The notes beneath the pieces are model-generated. The model made no database searches. It was not told the DNA's origin and saw only the letters and a list, made by a program, of their open reading frames with translations. Of a stretch of 64,000 nt of DNA, positions 50,034 to 63,331 are shown piece after piece; the stretch's first letter is position 1; every line of letters starts with the position of its first letter. The DNA lies in contig JAQGDQ010000292.1 in assembly GCA_030141605.1 (NCBI GenBank), positions 1 through 64,000 on the forward strand, read 5' to 3'. The DNA comes from Tubiluchus corallicola. Its lineage: Eukaryota > Animalia > Priapulida. The position numbers and the translations under genes were made by a program.

Positions 50034-50843
50034 CGTTGTTGTTGTTCTTGTTGTTTTAATTCTGAATATTTAGTATTTCGTGTTTTAACAGAGTAAAATG
50101 TGGAAATTCAATACCTGCATGGCGTGATGTCCTGCCTCCATTAAATGCTGATACTGGGCGTTGGCTGCCTGTATGGGGCTGGCGTTCATGTAAGCTAGTT
50201 GATTAACAGATGTGGGACACAGCGGCGATAACTGTCCACTCACTGCCCCGGGATGGACAATGGGGTTTTTCAGAGAGAGGAGAACATCCGCCACATCTCT
50301 TCCTTCTCGTGGCTTCCCTTCTTTAAACACTGGCCCTGAGAAATCTCTGAAAGTAAAAATTTGTTCTTTGGCACTACCGAACGCGTCAAAAGGATTGTAA
50401 ATTTTATTTATTGCAATGATAATCGAACGGGCAATTAAGTGTGATAATATTGTAATATTGATTAAACTATTTAGGTGTTAGTAAAATCTAAATGATGAAC
50501 ATCGGCAAGAGAAGTTTTTCACGAAAGATTTTTCTTTACAAAATATTAAAGTGGGCAATAATTTTTTTAGGTTGTACGATATGTTTGTCGTTTCGTTTCT
50601 AGGACTCAACCACAGTAGAAAGCATCACGTAAAATCAACAAGATTGCCAAATATAGGAAGGCGCTACAGGGATGCACATCCTGGGACAAAAAAGAGACAG
50701 CTAGAGAATATTACTGTGCGTTGTGGCAATAATAATATTTGTACACAAATACCTTTTTGTCTTTCTTTTATGTAATATTTACATATATTTTATTCCTACA
50801 CACACGCACGCACGCACGCACACGCACACGCACACGCACACGC

Positions 50844-50883
<40 letters not shown>

Positions 50884-53258
50884 ACACATGGCACACACTG
50901 CTACCCCACTTTAGAAGATACTGGTAGGTGTTGGTCAGGCTAGGAGCGTATTAATTTTTGGGTCAATCAGTGGTGTAAATTTGGATTTTTACTGTTTATA
51001 AATATCCGGGTGTAGCAACTTGTGCTGCAATCTGCCTATACATGTCTTAAAGTCCTACGGTTACAGCGTCCAATTCTTATGTCAAAATGACCTATGTGTC
51101 AAAATCGTCTTGTGTCCAAATTACTTATGTGTCGAAATAGCTTTGTGTCCAAATTACCTACGTGTCCAAATAGCCTATGTGCCCAAAGTGCATTTGTGTA
51201 CAAATCAATCTGTGTTCAAATAACCTATGCGCCCAAATCAATTTGTGTGTCTAAATGTCTTATGGGGGAAATGTCCTTTGTCCAAATGTCTGTGTCGAAA
51301 TGTCTGCACACCGATTTATCATTATAGTTATTGTTCTTCAGTGATTATGAATTTAGGTTCGTAAATTACTAACACCATTAAATACTATGCTGTGAACAGC
51401 TTTTTGGATTGTATGGTCTGTAATTTAAAAAAAGTTCTTATTAAAAAATACAATTATAATTTCTACTTAGCACGTCATGAAATTAACTTTAAGGTAGATT
51501 TCAGACGCCGAGGAATCATGTAAATGCGAATCAGCAAAATAAAAATAAAATTGAAGTAACTGTTATGTGTTTCGATCAGGACTCTACTCTGAATCCTCTG
51601 TCAGTCTTGAAATATGTAAATGATACTGCAGGAGAAGGCCCACACTTTACTTTACTTTACTTTAGCTTTACTTTAGCCGGAATCCAACACTCAACAAAGC
51701 AGCCTTCATAAATAAAGAATAGTTGTGCAGGGATGGAAACCATATTCATTATCAAAGACAATTCTTCAAGGTGACGCACTAAACTTGGCAAGCGGTATTT
51801 TAGCACCTTCGAATGTGCAGGAATCTTCGTTCAACACGAGCCTACGGTAGATGCAGCCGTTCAGCAATTTTCCGATGGTTACCCATCAATTAATTGACCA
51901 AGTTCAGCATTGTGTAAGTTATGTTGCAAGCATACATTGTAGCCACTTTTCCCATCGCCCCGTAGGCGCCCATTTTGTCTGTAGACGATAGAAATTTGTT
52001 CGTAGTAGTAAATAGTCCAGTAATAAGTTATTGAAGTAGTAAGTACAGTATTAGCAGTAATTTATCACGAAATCTAAGAAAAAACAAAAAATGTTTCAAA
52101 TAAAATACTAATTTATCAAACTGCTCAAACTGAGAATATTCACATTAATTTAACTTTTCACTACTCTTTAACCTTAGTCTACGTGTATTGCCACCTACTA
52201 TTGCACCATAGTTGTAAATATAAACTAAAATTCAAAAATGGTACCTACTTGTACCCCGCCGGAGTCAGGGAAAACACATTCCCAAATGGCGCTGTGTCAA
52301 TTTCAACAGGCGATAATGAAAAATGATTTAACCCAATATCTCCTGATGTACAGTGAGTTGTTGGTTGTTGATACGTAGGACCCATAGATACGTTCTTGAA
52401 ATGTCCAGGAGTAGGCGTCTTCCACATGTCTGAGTAGTTGTTATTGGGCGCATAAACGTTTTCCATCTGAAACACAAGTTATGTGTAATCAGGCATGTTA
52501 AAGTTAAATTTTGATGAAAAAGGTAATGACTGATAGCGAATGCAGATACCAAACTTCAGGAAGTAATGTTTTGCTCGTTCTAACAATTTTTGAACATTTT
52601 TGCAAATAACAAGCGTTGACTCGCGGCAATCACCAATAAGTAGAAATCTTGTAGAGGTCACATAAATTGGAATCGCTAGTCAAAACACTTTGTCATAATC
52701 AGTGAGAGTTTTGGAATTATAGGCTGCTGAAATACATGACCTGATATGGAGTTTAGGATCTTGTGAGCTTAAATGTAACATTTCGTGAAAATGTATAGGT
52801 TTTTCTTTTAGAAAGTGCTGAGATCGTTTTTAGAAGCTTGGTGTTTGAATCCAGTCATTTCTTTGTTTCTTCTTAACCGAATTGATTAGTGGAGTTATTT
52901 ACAACATGTTATAAGAAAAACTAGTATCGAAGCAGTGATTACGGTTTTCTTATCTAGAAGCTTATTTTTTAAAAATCTTTAAATGTAAATATTTTAAATG
53001 AAAAATGAAGTGCTGCGTCGTTTATACATTTCAATTATAAAACACTAAACCACAATTGGTTAATAACTGGCAATTAGATTTTTATTAACATTGGACTGAC
53101 TTGGTAATGTGCATCAGCGTAAGTTTTCTCTAAAACTATCATCGACTTAACATAAAGATGATTTTGCAATCATAAAAATCAGTATCATTGTAAGAAACGT
53201 AGTACTGATGAAGAGTGAAACTTACCTGAATATTAATTTTCAACCTAGCACCAGCCAT
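47677..53258 (-). CDS. gl: Glass C2H2 zinc-finger transcription factor, 4-exon model, 415 aa
   Basis: Exons 53226-53258 (less certain), 52249-52466, 50115-50346, 47677-48441; GT-AG, phases consistent, 1248 nt in total. Five fingers beginning [21 protein letters not shown]; glass-type motifs GDIGL..FSLSP..PAGYK and [13 protein letters not shown]. Confidence 0.9.
48657..49521 (+). mobile_element. Non-autonomous Helitron in a glass intron
   Basis: 5' TATATATATAAGATTCGAGG start (exact 5' base uncertain). 3' hairpin CGCAAAA-TTC-TTTTGCG (49493-49509), then CTAG|T terminus (49518-22). No TIR or TSD. Confidence 0.7.
49975..50055. repeat. (ATT)n(GTT)n microsatellite
   Basis: Seen directly. Confidence 0.95.
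50115..50346 (-). CDS. gl: glass internal exon
   Basis: [17 protein letters not shown]; CAG acceptor, GTATTG donor. Confidence 0.85.
50798..50885. repeat. (CA)n/(CACG)n microsatellite
   Basis: Seen directly. Confidence 0.95.
51080..51305. repeat. Degenerate ~17-nt tandem array (TGTGTCCAAATNACCTA)
   Basis: About a dozen imperfect units; resembles a subterminal repeat array of a foldback/MULE-type element. Confidence 0.65.
51646..51945 (-). mobile_element. SINE-like remnant with a 5S-rRNA-like segment and (TAAAG)n tail
   Basis: Minus strand GCTGAACTTGGTCAATTAATTGATGGGTAACC resembles the 5S internal control region; simple-repeat tail at 51646-51676. Confidence 0.35.
52249..52466 (-). CDS. gl: glass internal or alternative first coding exon
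   Basis: MENVYAPNN...[12 protein letters not shown]...PAGYK; the ATG lies directly after a CAG acceptor. Confidence 0.85.
53226..53258 (-). CDS. gl: Putative glass first coding exon ([11 protein letters not shown])
   Basis: ATG followed by 11 codons and a perfect CAG|GTAAGT donor in phase 0 with the next exon. Confidence 0.5.
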
Positions 53259-56200
53259 TTATCAAGAATTATCGTCCAACTAATTACTTAATATCACGCG
53301 CACTTTTTTCGTCTTACGAACGATAGTCCATTCTATAAGTGGTTAACTGTGATAACTTTAGTTCAGTATAAAAAGAGTAGAAATATTATGCGAAGTTCAA
53401 TTTTAGTACAAAAAACTTAATGAAAAGAAGAGCAATGTAATGTTAATTCCTGTTATATTGCAATGGTGAGTAACACTTAGTTTTGATGATAGGGAGTTGT
53501 TTTTCATAAGATTTTAATAAGCAAAATATCATTTAACCGACTAATTAATGTTTTCTATAAACTTAACTGTATAACTGTAAATAGCAAATCAAACCATTTT
53601 TTCTAGAGACAATTGCAGGTTACTATATTAAAAAGGTCATTAGAAGATCCGTACTGATTAAACGTGTGTGATTAGTCGAGCTTTGTGTAGCATTAAAAAA
53701 AATAAACAAACACATAAGCAAATAAACAAATAAATCAATTATAAATAAATAAACAAATGGATAGATAATTAAATAAGTAAACAAATAAATAAGAAAATGT
53801 ATAATATATATATATATACATATTTAGACCCAGAGAGAGAGAGAGTATATATACGTACATAAAATAAGTTTATATAATAAACAAATAAGTTTGTATGTTT
53901 ACTCAAGGAAAATTTACTACAAAATATATATACTAGGTGCAAAAGTCGCAGATAGTTTCTTCTTTCCTTATTCATACAACAATTTAATTTATGCATAACG
54001 AATTTTTATCGAGTGAATTTCTACTCATATAACGACAACGATGTTTATTTTTCTCCATTTAAACAATTTTCTGAGCTTAATGAAGAAACAATAATACACA
54101 TTTAGGCTATATACGGCTGAAGCCTGAAATTTATTTTAAGGTGTGACTGATACGCCTGATTGTCCCTTTGTGATCATTATCAATGAAAAACGTCTCAAAA
54201 CAAACAAACTTGCAAACAATAAATAAAAATCGACGTTTCGTGTACCAAACTAATGATACATGCGAATATTTTAATATTTAAAACAAAGTTTAAAATTTAA
54301 AAATTAAAAAAATTATTAGTGATCATTGCAATGGAACATAGCGGAACAAACTTTATTAAATACAATGCATGTACAATCCTACATACGTACTTGAACTTTG
54401 TATAAATTTAATTGTATATTCTGTTTGCACAACTTTCTGACAAGCAGTAATCATATGAAGTGAACACTTTTTGGCTCCTCTTAATAAAATTGACCATAAC
54501 GCCATTAAAATTTTCGAAAAATTATTTTTCAGAGTCTTCGTTAATTCACTGAGCACGGAAATGTAGAAGCATTAATTGTTTGAATAAACCTTTACTAAAA
54601 ATAAATTTAAATGAAAAATCATAAATGAAATCAAACGAAATAAAAAAGTGTGTTCTGGCAAAGAAAAACAGAACGATTTTTTGTAAGTATATTTATACAG
54701 AGATATTTATATTTTTTACTTTGCATTTGTATATGTTTTGTATATTATTTTTATATGTTTTGCTTTGCATTTTTCATTTATAAACAAGTTTGTCATAGAT
54801 TTCGTAAAAGCAACGCCAAAAAAACACAATAAAAACAACACGGCATTGTTTAGGCCGCAGGGTGTTAAGATATGAAATGTTATATACGCAATATGCTTGA
54901 AGATAAGTTAGTAACATGTATGGGAGCTAGATTACAAACCACGCAAACCCCTAAAATCTATATGCAAACGCGAAAATGATCGCTAAATAAACAGTCGCAC
55001 TTAACTGCTTATGGGGGGGGGGGATTAATTTGTAATTACTTTTCACCACGCGGTATAACAGTATTTGTAGAATTGTAGCAACAGTGGTTCACGCAGTTCA
55101 ATTATTTATTTGTTTTCACTCAGTAGGTATCAGAGAGTTCCACAGACAGTAGCGCATTCAAACGAATGTGATTTTAGAATACTGCTCTGGCAGTCTCCCA
55201 CTGTGACTCTTATGAAAGACTTGTATATAAACATGCGTAAATTCTACACGTATCGCCAACGAAACAAAATCTGAGTGCAAAAGTTTAATACATCGCGGAA
55301 AGTTTTCAAAAAACTGTAGGCTAATCTTAGAACAGCGTCGATTTTCTCAATCTTCTTTTGCAATAACCAGTAAACTTTTTTGCATAGCTTCATTACAAGC
55401 CACACGCGTGCACATTGCAACGAACTCTTTACTATAATACTGAAACATGACATTTGATTTCAAATGTGAGCAGGTGTGAACACTATCAGGTACATCGAAT
55501 CGGCTTCTTCATGTAGAAAAGTGAATTAATATCGAAAGCGGCCAAGCGAAAGAACTCTGATAAAACCGCGTAAGCCCTGTACATTTACCTGCTTTATCTT
55601 AGTGAGTTTTCAGACTTGTCAGGCTGCAGTGTTTTTGAAAAGGTTTCACCAGGAAGCCATAGTCATTGCTTGAGAATTAGAGAGGAAAGGATAAATTTAA
55701 TAAAAATGCTTAATACCTGTTCAGTGTATCGAAGCTTTCTAATCTCTGGTTCTAGTTGGTCTTCTGTCTGTGAACACAGATTTTCAAAACGAATCATATT
55801 TTTGCTATAGTCTGTTGGCACAGTGGTGAACAGCATAGTTCCTATTATAGCAAAATCTTTGCAAATGAATTTCTTATGCGGAGTTTAAAGAAATGCATTC
55901 GCCTGTGCCGACAGCGCTTTGCTGATTGGTTGTACGGCTAGCGTGACTCCACCCATTACATGACAGTAGTGTTTCATGATGCAGCCATTTCACGACGCTG
56001 ATATCATACAGTGCTAAAATGGAAATGAATGTTTTTAAGATACCCAAATAAATAAAAGATATTTTAGCTTTTTACAAAGGTCATTGGAAGGCTTTCAAAA
56101 CAATGTAGAAATTCAGAATGTCGATTTGTGCATATTTGCATTTAAGAGACATTCCATAGACATTTCTGTAGTAGCTATCCAAACAATTGTATTGAAAATT

Positions 56201-59192
56201 TCGATTTCATTAAAATGATTAAAAAGTTTAAAATTCTATATCTGATTCGAATAATGCTTTGATTCGAACAATAAAGACTATCTAAACTAGACTGAATCAA
56301 ACCATACCATAGCTAGCGTGCACCATGGGTGTAAATATTACATAGGTGTTAATATTACATATTACATAGGTGTAAATGTTAGTACTTATTTTTCCTACTA
56401 TTCTATTCATAAGTCATCATTAATATTAATTTATTTGCTATTGTTACTGAGTTTGCTAACTATTGTTTATGCACACATAAACAAGTGTACATTTGTTTAT
56501 ACATCAAATCAAACAAAAGTAACTTAAATAATACAGCAAAGCAGCCAAACAAAATTAAGGGAAAACACAGAGATACAAAGTAAAAAAAGGAAAGATGTTA
56601 ATGAAATGATTAAGGGAAAAATCTGAGTGACACTGCGAAGAATTAGTAAAATTGTTTCGGATTGTTGATAATAAGAAACTCGGCGATGGTTTCAACATCC
56701 CCGCTTTCTGTGTTTGCTTGTTTACTCATTTTTCTCTGTACAAAGACCAAATGATTACGAGCCTGCTCTCTAGTTTTGCACGAATGTATTGGCAATAAGA
56801 ATTCAGTTACAAATTTTGCCCCTGTAATAAACATACAAGACGTTAGTAATCATTTGAAGCCCTACGTGTGCAGGTAAACATGAACGATTACATCCACGGT
56901 GAAGCCTGCAAATTGTATCACGCAGAAGACGGAAGTCTGCAAGCTAAGTAAACCGATTGCTGGTAAATTATGCGTGATTTAGGTATCATTTTAAACTTTT
57001 TTATATACAAATTAGAATATTGCAAATGACAAACCCACATACAACTGCAGGTCCTACTCAAATTGGATGATCTTGGCGAGACCGAGACCTAGTTCGTTAT
57101 ATAGGATACACCTTTAAGGATGACCCACTGAAGCAGCAGAGGTGCTCATATAATTCGAGATCAAGTACAAACTAAGATCAAAACTGGGCCTGTTTATGCC
57201 ACAACACAAAGAACAACAAGAATACGAATTAAAAAAACATGATATTTGGTATCGTAGCCGAATGTTACAAAGAGCATGAGAACAGCATCAATTTCGAAAA
57301 AATACGTTATTTTCTGTATGCAAATAGATTATTTTTGTCAGGAATTGATTGCAATTTGCGTGTGTTTTATTACGTACTTAATTTATGTTGTATGTTTATA
57401 CTATAATAGGAATAAATGCATAAAAATGAGAGTTATTTTAATTTAATTGCTTTTATCTATTTACTTTTTGCTTTTTACATGTAAATTTGTGTTTTCACTT
57501 ATGACGTTCTAATCATTACCACTTTTACGTTCATGTACAAGAGATAAGGTTTAAATATAGAATGAAATTATAAAACATAATCTATAATATTTCTTACAAC
57601 AAACTGTAATAAATTGCTTAAAATTTAAAAAATAGTGCGAATGTACGACTCGTTTTGAAATGGGAGCAGACGGTTGCGGAAACACAGCTGTGAATGTGAT
57701 CATGTACAGTGTGTGACAGGCATGTTAATCTGCATTTATAAAGATGAAAATTAGAATTGTGCAAAAGAGCAGAAGTAACAGTACTGCTGGTTTTAAAGAG
57801 GTGAATTTTAATGACGCGTGAATAGCGTGCATTGATCTGTAACGGTGATAAAGATGATAATTATGTAGATGATGCAACGTAAGTTTTAGTAGTAGTAAAG
57901 ATGGCACAGTTTACAAATATGGCCGTTATTATGTATAGGTGACGCTGGCGTGATTTTGGGATGCTGCAATTATAATAACGTTTTGAAATAAACAAAAGGT
58001 ATGTTACGTGGATCATCACATAAACAGGTATACAATTCCAAAATTAACATAAAATGTGCTGCATTGTTCCAAGACTAGCTTTCTATGATTTTTTTAATTA
58101 AATTTAATTTTAAACTTTTCGATTGTTACATGTTACATATAACAATACCAAATACTGACTTCATATTTTAAAGACTTTTTCTATAAACTAGGTTTATTAG
58201 GTTGGACGTACAGGTGTGCAGTATTTCGGCTAACATATAAGTTCTTATTTAAGCGTATTTGGTTACCGCTGTGACAGCCCACCTGTCAACTCTCTAGGCT
58301 TTTATCAATTATTTATTAGCTATATTATATACCGTATTTCTTTTTTTCCTTTTTAGTAGTAAGTGTTTTAACAGTTTGTCAGTATTTTCATTGATTTCAC
58401 ATTTTTTCAATTTCTGAATACTGAAGAAGGATTTTTTTAAAATCCGAAAGTTTGGTTTAGAAAATGTTATTGGGCTTTAATACAAACTTTCTTTTCTCTT
58501 CGCGTTTTTAGTGTTAATTTATCATTAATTGGATGGTTAAATTTATCTAATTTAAATATAAAATAAAAACAACAACAGCGTTTGTTTTATGCAATGTAAT
58601 TTTCAAAGTTCAACATTATTGCTTACATCACATAATCTATACATATTGGTTATATTAAATCCAACATATACGTGATTTAAACGTTTTTTGTTCGTTTGAT
58701 TTTTTTCGTGATATGTTCATTCGTTCACACGTTCATTCAATAACTCGTTCAATTAATTCGTTTATTCTTTCATTTAAATTTTCATCAGTTCGTTTGTTCA
58801 TTTATTTCTGCTAGTAATGTTCATTCACTACTTTGTTTATTGATTCAACCTCTGGTATTTTTCGTTTGTTGTTTTTGTGCTTTTTTATTTGTTGTTCCTT
58901 TCGTTAGCTCCCCTCTTTCAATTTTTGCAGATTCACACACTCTTTTGATCTATCATGATAACATACACAATTTTTTACTAACTCGTATAGGCCTATGTAG
59001 TTTATACTCAGAATTATTTTGTCCACTGACTTGTTTCTATATATCAATGATCTCATCTGGACAGTTTCTCATTAAAGAAATCGATATCATTGTCGTCTTA
59101 TTTATTAAATATTAAAGATACCCTTGGCGTTGTTAAGTTGGGTTAAGTTGGTCATTGTTAGGCAGTGCACAACGTCAAGTGAAAGTACAATA

Positions 59193-62100
59193 ATGTTTAT
59201 AATACTTTCTGTCGTGTTTTTCGAATTATTTAAAAATGATGTGAACGCGATCGGTAGGTTTAAACAGAAAAACGTTTTCTTTTTTGTTTGGTACATATTT
59301 TTATTTGTGGTTTCTGTTCATTAAATTTATATATGCGAAGTACAGTGAATGATTTTATTCATCAAATAATGTCGCATGCATTCTATGTTTTTCTACAGAT
59401 GATATTTGTAATGGTCTGTGCCATGGTAAAGTAGGATGCTTGAGAATAAATAGCATTTCATACAACTGCCATTGTCCGCCTGAAGGGAGCCCAGTAAACT
59501 GTGATCCAGGTAACCGAATGTTAAGTAAATTTCCATAAAACGGTACGATGAATTTAAAAAGATCGCAATAAGGGTAAAACAGCGCGTTGATTCCCTGCTG
59601 TAACGGTTGTGAATAGTGACAGTGATTAGAAATTATTTCGTTTGGAATATGACTTATTTTGGAGCTTAGATATAACGTAATTTGATTCAGTTTCCACCTG
59701 ACAATCAAGTCATTCAGTTATTTCAGTTATGCGAAGTTGCTCAGTTATTTCAAATCATATCCATCGATAATTTCAAGTTTTTAATCTATCATGAACAGAC
59801 TATCTTTGAATGGTAGACAGGTATATCTTGTATACATACAGCCTACGAAGTTTTTATCTAAACAATTAACATGTCAGTTGATTTATTTGTACATAAAGAG
59901 TAAAGAATGTTTCAACGTACCGTTACGTTTTAATTGCAACAACTTGATTATACTTGCACACAGCTAAACCGCCTCAGTATAGTAGACAATGATGCATTTT
60001 AACTAATAGCGTGCTTGAATTACAATTATATTCAACCAGAGGAGCCAGGTACACGCATCCGAATTAAATAACATTAAAAATGGCTTGAGGTGTTATACCG
60101 TGGCTACTTAGAAGAACTGTGCAATTCTTGTATCATTCTTATAGTGCGAAATGATATATTGTCGTTTATCAAAACAGAAGTGTAGAATTTTTCCTAATAT
60201 TAGAAAATTAATATTATACCATGTACAATTAATTGCAATTTGTTTTCTGAGATATTGAACTTTAGAGCATCAAAATGATTTCAATGCTTATAATAATCAA
60301 CAGTTACAATTTTCATACAGATGTTTTCATTTCTGACAGAATACCAAAAACTTATGTTCTAATTATTTAATTAATTCATTTAGATCCATGTATAAATAAG
60401 TGCAATAGAGAGGGCGGATTGAGTTGCTTCAGTACGGATGGCTCTTCTTATAAATGCCAATGTAAACCGGGATGGACAGGAATGGACTGTGATATCAGTA
60501 ATAATGTTTCTTTTATTTCATGTAGAGCATTATTTGCAAAATATTACGAAATGATTTGCTTTCTTTTTGTTATCAAGAAGTGGTTAGGGTAAAATAGTTT
60601 TTAACCCAATTTGTGCGTTTTATATGTTTTTTGTTTGCTGTGCTGTTTCGTTATTATAAATTTACGTTATTATACATTGTTTACGGAATTATTTACTTAC
60701 TATTGAGTGAAATACTTGTATATACTTGTGTATACTGTGAGATAAGCACTTGTAAACATGCATTGATACTTTTTTGTAACAGGATGGTGTGATGATATAG
60801 AGCTATGTGAAAATGGAGCAGTATGTTCTGATGGCATTGTAGCGGGAGAATACGTATGTGAATGCACAGAAGGTTTTGGAGGAAAAAATTGCGCTTACGG
60901 TGAAATTTGTAGCAATTGCAATGATCGGCATTTCGTTTAAGTTGTTTAGATCTTCTTTAGTAAATTTTACAGTAGCTACACGCAAGGGTACTATAGCATA
61001 TTCAAAATCAGCTGCATGACAAATATAAATACATAAGTCTGTCGAAAATAGGAATGTCTTTAAGTTTCCTGTATAAAATTTTTAAAATAAATAAAATGCT
61101 TGTATTTCTAAGTTTTGACACTTATTTTTTTGTCTATTGTGTTATTATGATATGTTCTAAAATGGCTTTTGGATAAACTGATTGCTGTAGGGCTACTTGA
61201 CTTTGAATTCTGAATATTTACGAATCTTCACATCCCAGTTACTGTGATTACTTATGTTACTACGTCTTGACTTTGAATTGAATCGTAAATCTAAAATATC
61301 GTACCAGACGGCAGCACCGTCTAATTCTAACGATATCAGGTTTAAGGCGGTAAATAGCCAGTCATACAGATGGAAGAAGAGATCAATATTAGTTTTTTTA
61401 AAAAATTACGACTTTCCATTACAGAGGTTTGTGAGCACTTAGCTTGCTACAATGGAGGACAGTGTGTAACTGGAAGGAAGGATGGATTTTGCGACTGTCC
61501 AGAGGGTTCCAATGGAAGACATTGCGAATATAGATATGGTAATTTTTGCTTAAGACAACTGCGATAATAGCCGATAACACCGTAAAAGTAAAATGATAAA
61601 TGTGGTTTCACTTATACATTAAATGGTGTATCAATTTCCAAATCTTCAAAAAATGCTCTAGAGTAAAACTGGAGATAAAAATTCTGCGGTCTGCATGGTA
61701 TTAGCAAATTATGTAAAATTGTTATATTGATCTTGCTAATATTAGCACCAAACGCATTTTAAATTTTGGCTAAAGTTTACAATTTCCCCACGCAAAAAAA
61801 TTAGCTCGTAAGGCGGATTAAGATTAGTGTTAGAGCTAGGATTGAGGTTAGGGTTAGAGTTGAGTTAAGGTCAGGGTTAGGGTTAGGGTGAGTGTATTTA
61901 AATTGCATGCTTAATTGTAAACTCCTTCCTACTTTTTGCATCTTTAAATGAAATCTAAAGATATCTATTAAGAACGTGTTTAATGTAATCTGAGTGTTTA
62001 AAACAATACATAATTACTGGGTAATTATTAACCTTCTTGCTTGATGCCAAGCGTTTGTTCTGACATTTTCGCATTTTATACTAACTTATTTGTTTGTTGA

Positions 62101-63331
62101 TGCGTGGATATGTTGTTTGATCTGTTCAATAATTATTGGCCGTGAGCTTAAGTACTTGTAATAAACTTGGCATTTTATAGATTGCCCCGATCGGCTCGTT
62201 TCTCTCTATGGTCCTCCATACACAGAGACTAATGACGACTTTGGTGAACACCTTCTCCATGAGAACAACCTTCCTGAAGACTTCACACAACCCGTACCAA
62301 ACGATGCTTTTACTGTCTCCAGTATCAAAGGTTACGGTGAGCAGGGGAATATTGATGGTGGAGGACTTCAACTACCGTACTTTGCTAGAATCAATGCTTA
62401 TACGCTTATTGGTAGTGTTGGAGGAGTAGTTATGAATGGTTGGAAACCCGCAGACTGGGATAAGGCACCATGGCTTTCCGTAAGAATACGATTTCGTCAG
62501 TTTAAAGTAATTCATCGAATAAAAATTGGGACAACTGAAATTACCTTAGGAAGTTATTTTATATTAGGTTATGAAGTTATTTTAATCTTTATTTACTGCC
62601 ATGTCATGCATTTATTTAAATAGGAAAAATTCCTTCGGACCCTTCCTTAAACTAAGGCAGAAATATTGTATTTCTGCCTGTGTGTTGCACTGAGCTCGAA
62701 AACAAAAATTAGTTTTACTGTTGTAAACGAAACAAGAAAAAGTATTTTGCTCAATATTATCAACTATTTTTCGCATCTCTCACATTTCAATATTAAGGTT
62801 AACAGGTGTGAACATTTCATCTTTCGTCAACGTACCTAGTTATAACAGGTCAAAAAGTCAAGTCGTCAGTTATAGGAATCGAGATCTGTACTGTACTTCA
62901 CACTTGCCGTGTGTTTGCCTAGATATTTGGAATAGTGAGTTATCACTGCGGCACAGTTGTAAATTTTGAGCTCTGCAATCTGATTTGCTTAATTTTTTAA
63001 TCAATTAGCGCACATTACACAACGCTTACCACCGTCAGCAGACGCCTGGTTGCCCAATCCCAGAAAAGGTAGCTGTTGAGGGTTTGACAAAAACATTAGG
63101 AAATCCTTTGGAGTTCCTTACTATAACTGGGTCGTTTTGGGCCAATTTTAGTTAATAAATCCGTGTTCTCGTTGGTAGATTGACTTGGGCGAAGTGTTTA
63201 CTGTGTTTGGGATTCTTATCTCGCCATCTGAAAAGGACAACAAGTTTGTAAAAAGTTTTAGCTTTAGCTACAAACTAGACGCTGATGATTCATATGAAGA
63301 CTACGAGGACATAATCTCTGGCGGTGTAAAG
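59193..63331 (+). CDS. Secreted protein with signal peptide, 4 EGF repeats and an F5/8 type C (discoidin) domain (lactadherin/EDIL3-like architecture), 3' incomplete
   Basis: Exons 59193-59253 (MFIILSVVFFELFKNDVNA), 59399-59509, 60384-60497, 60783-60899, 61425-61538 (each a phase-1 six-Cys EGF exon), 62181-62479 (ARIN...GWKP.....PWL) and 63179-63331 (IDLGEVFTVFGI...FVKSFSFSY). All GT-AG and in frame. Confidence 0.82.

Noticed and set aside
51080-51305. Regularly spaced repeats as a possible CRISPR array
   Set aside because: Units are degenerate and contiguous, with no unique spacers and no cas genes, in a eukaryotic context.
61830-61892. TTAGGG-like repeats as an interstitial telomere (also ~2955-2970)
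   Set aside because: Only 2-3 perfect units within degenerate sequence; more like the internal motif of a dispersed repeat.
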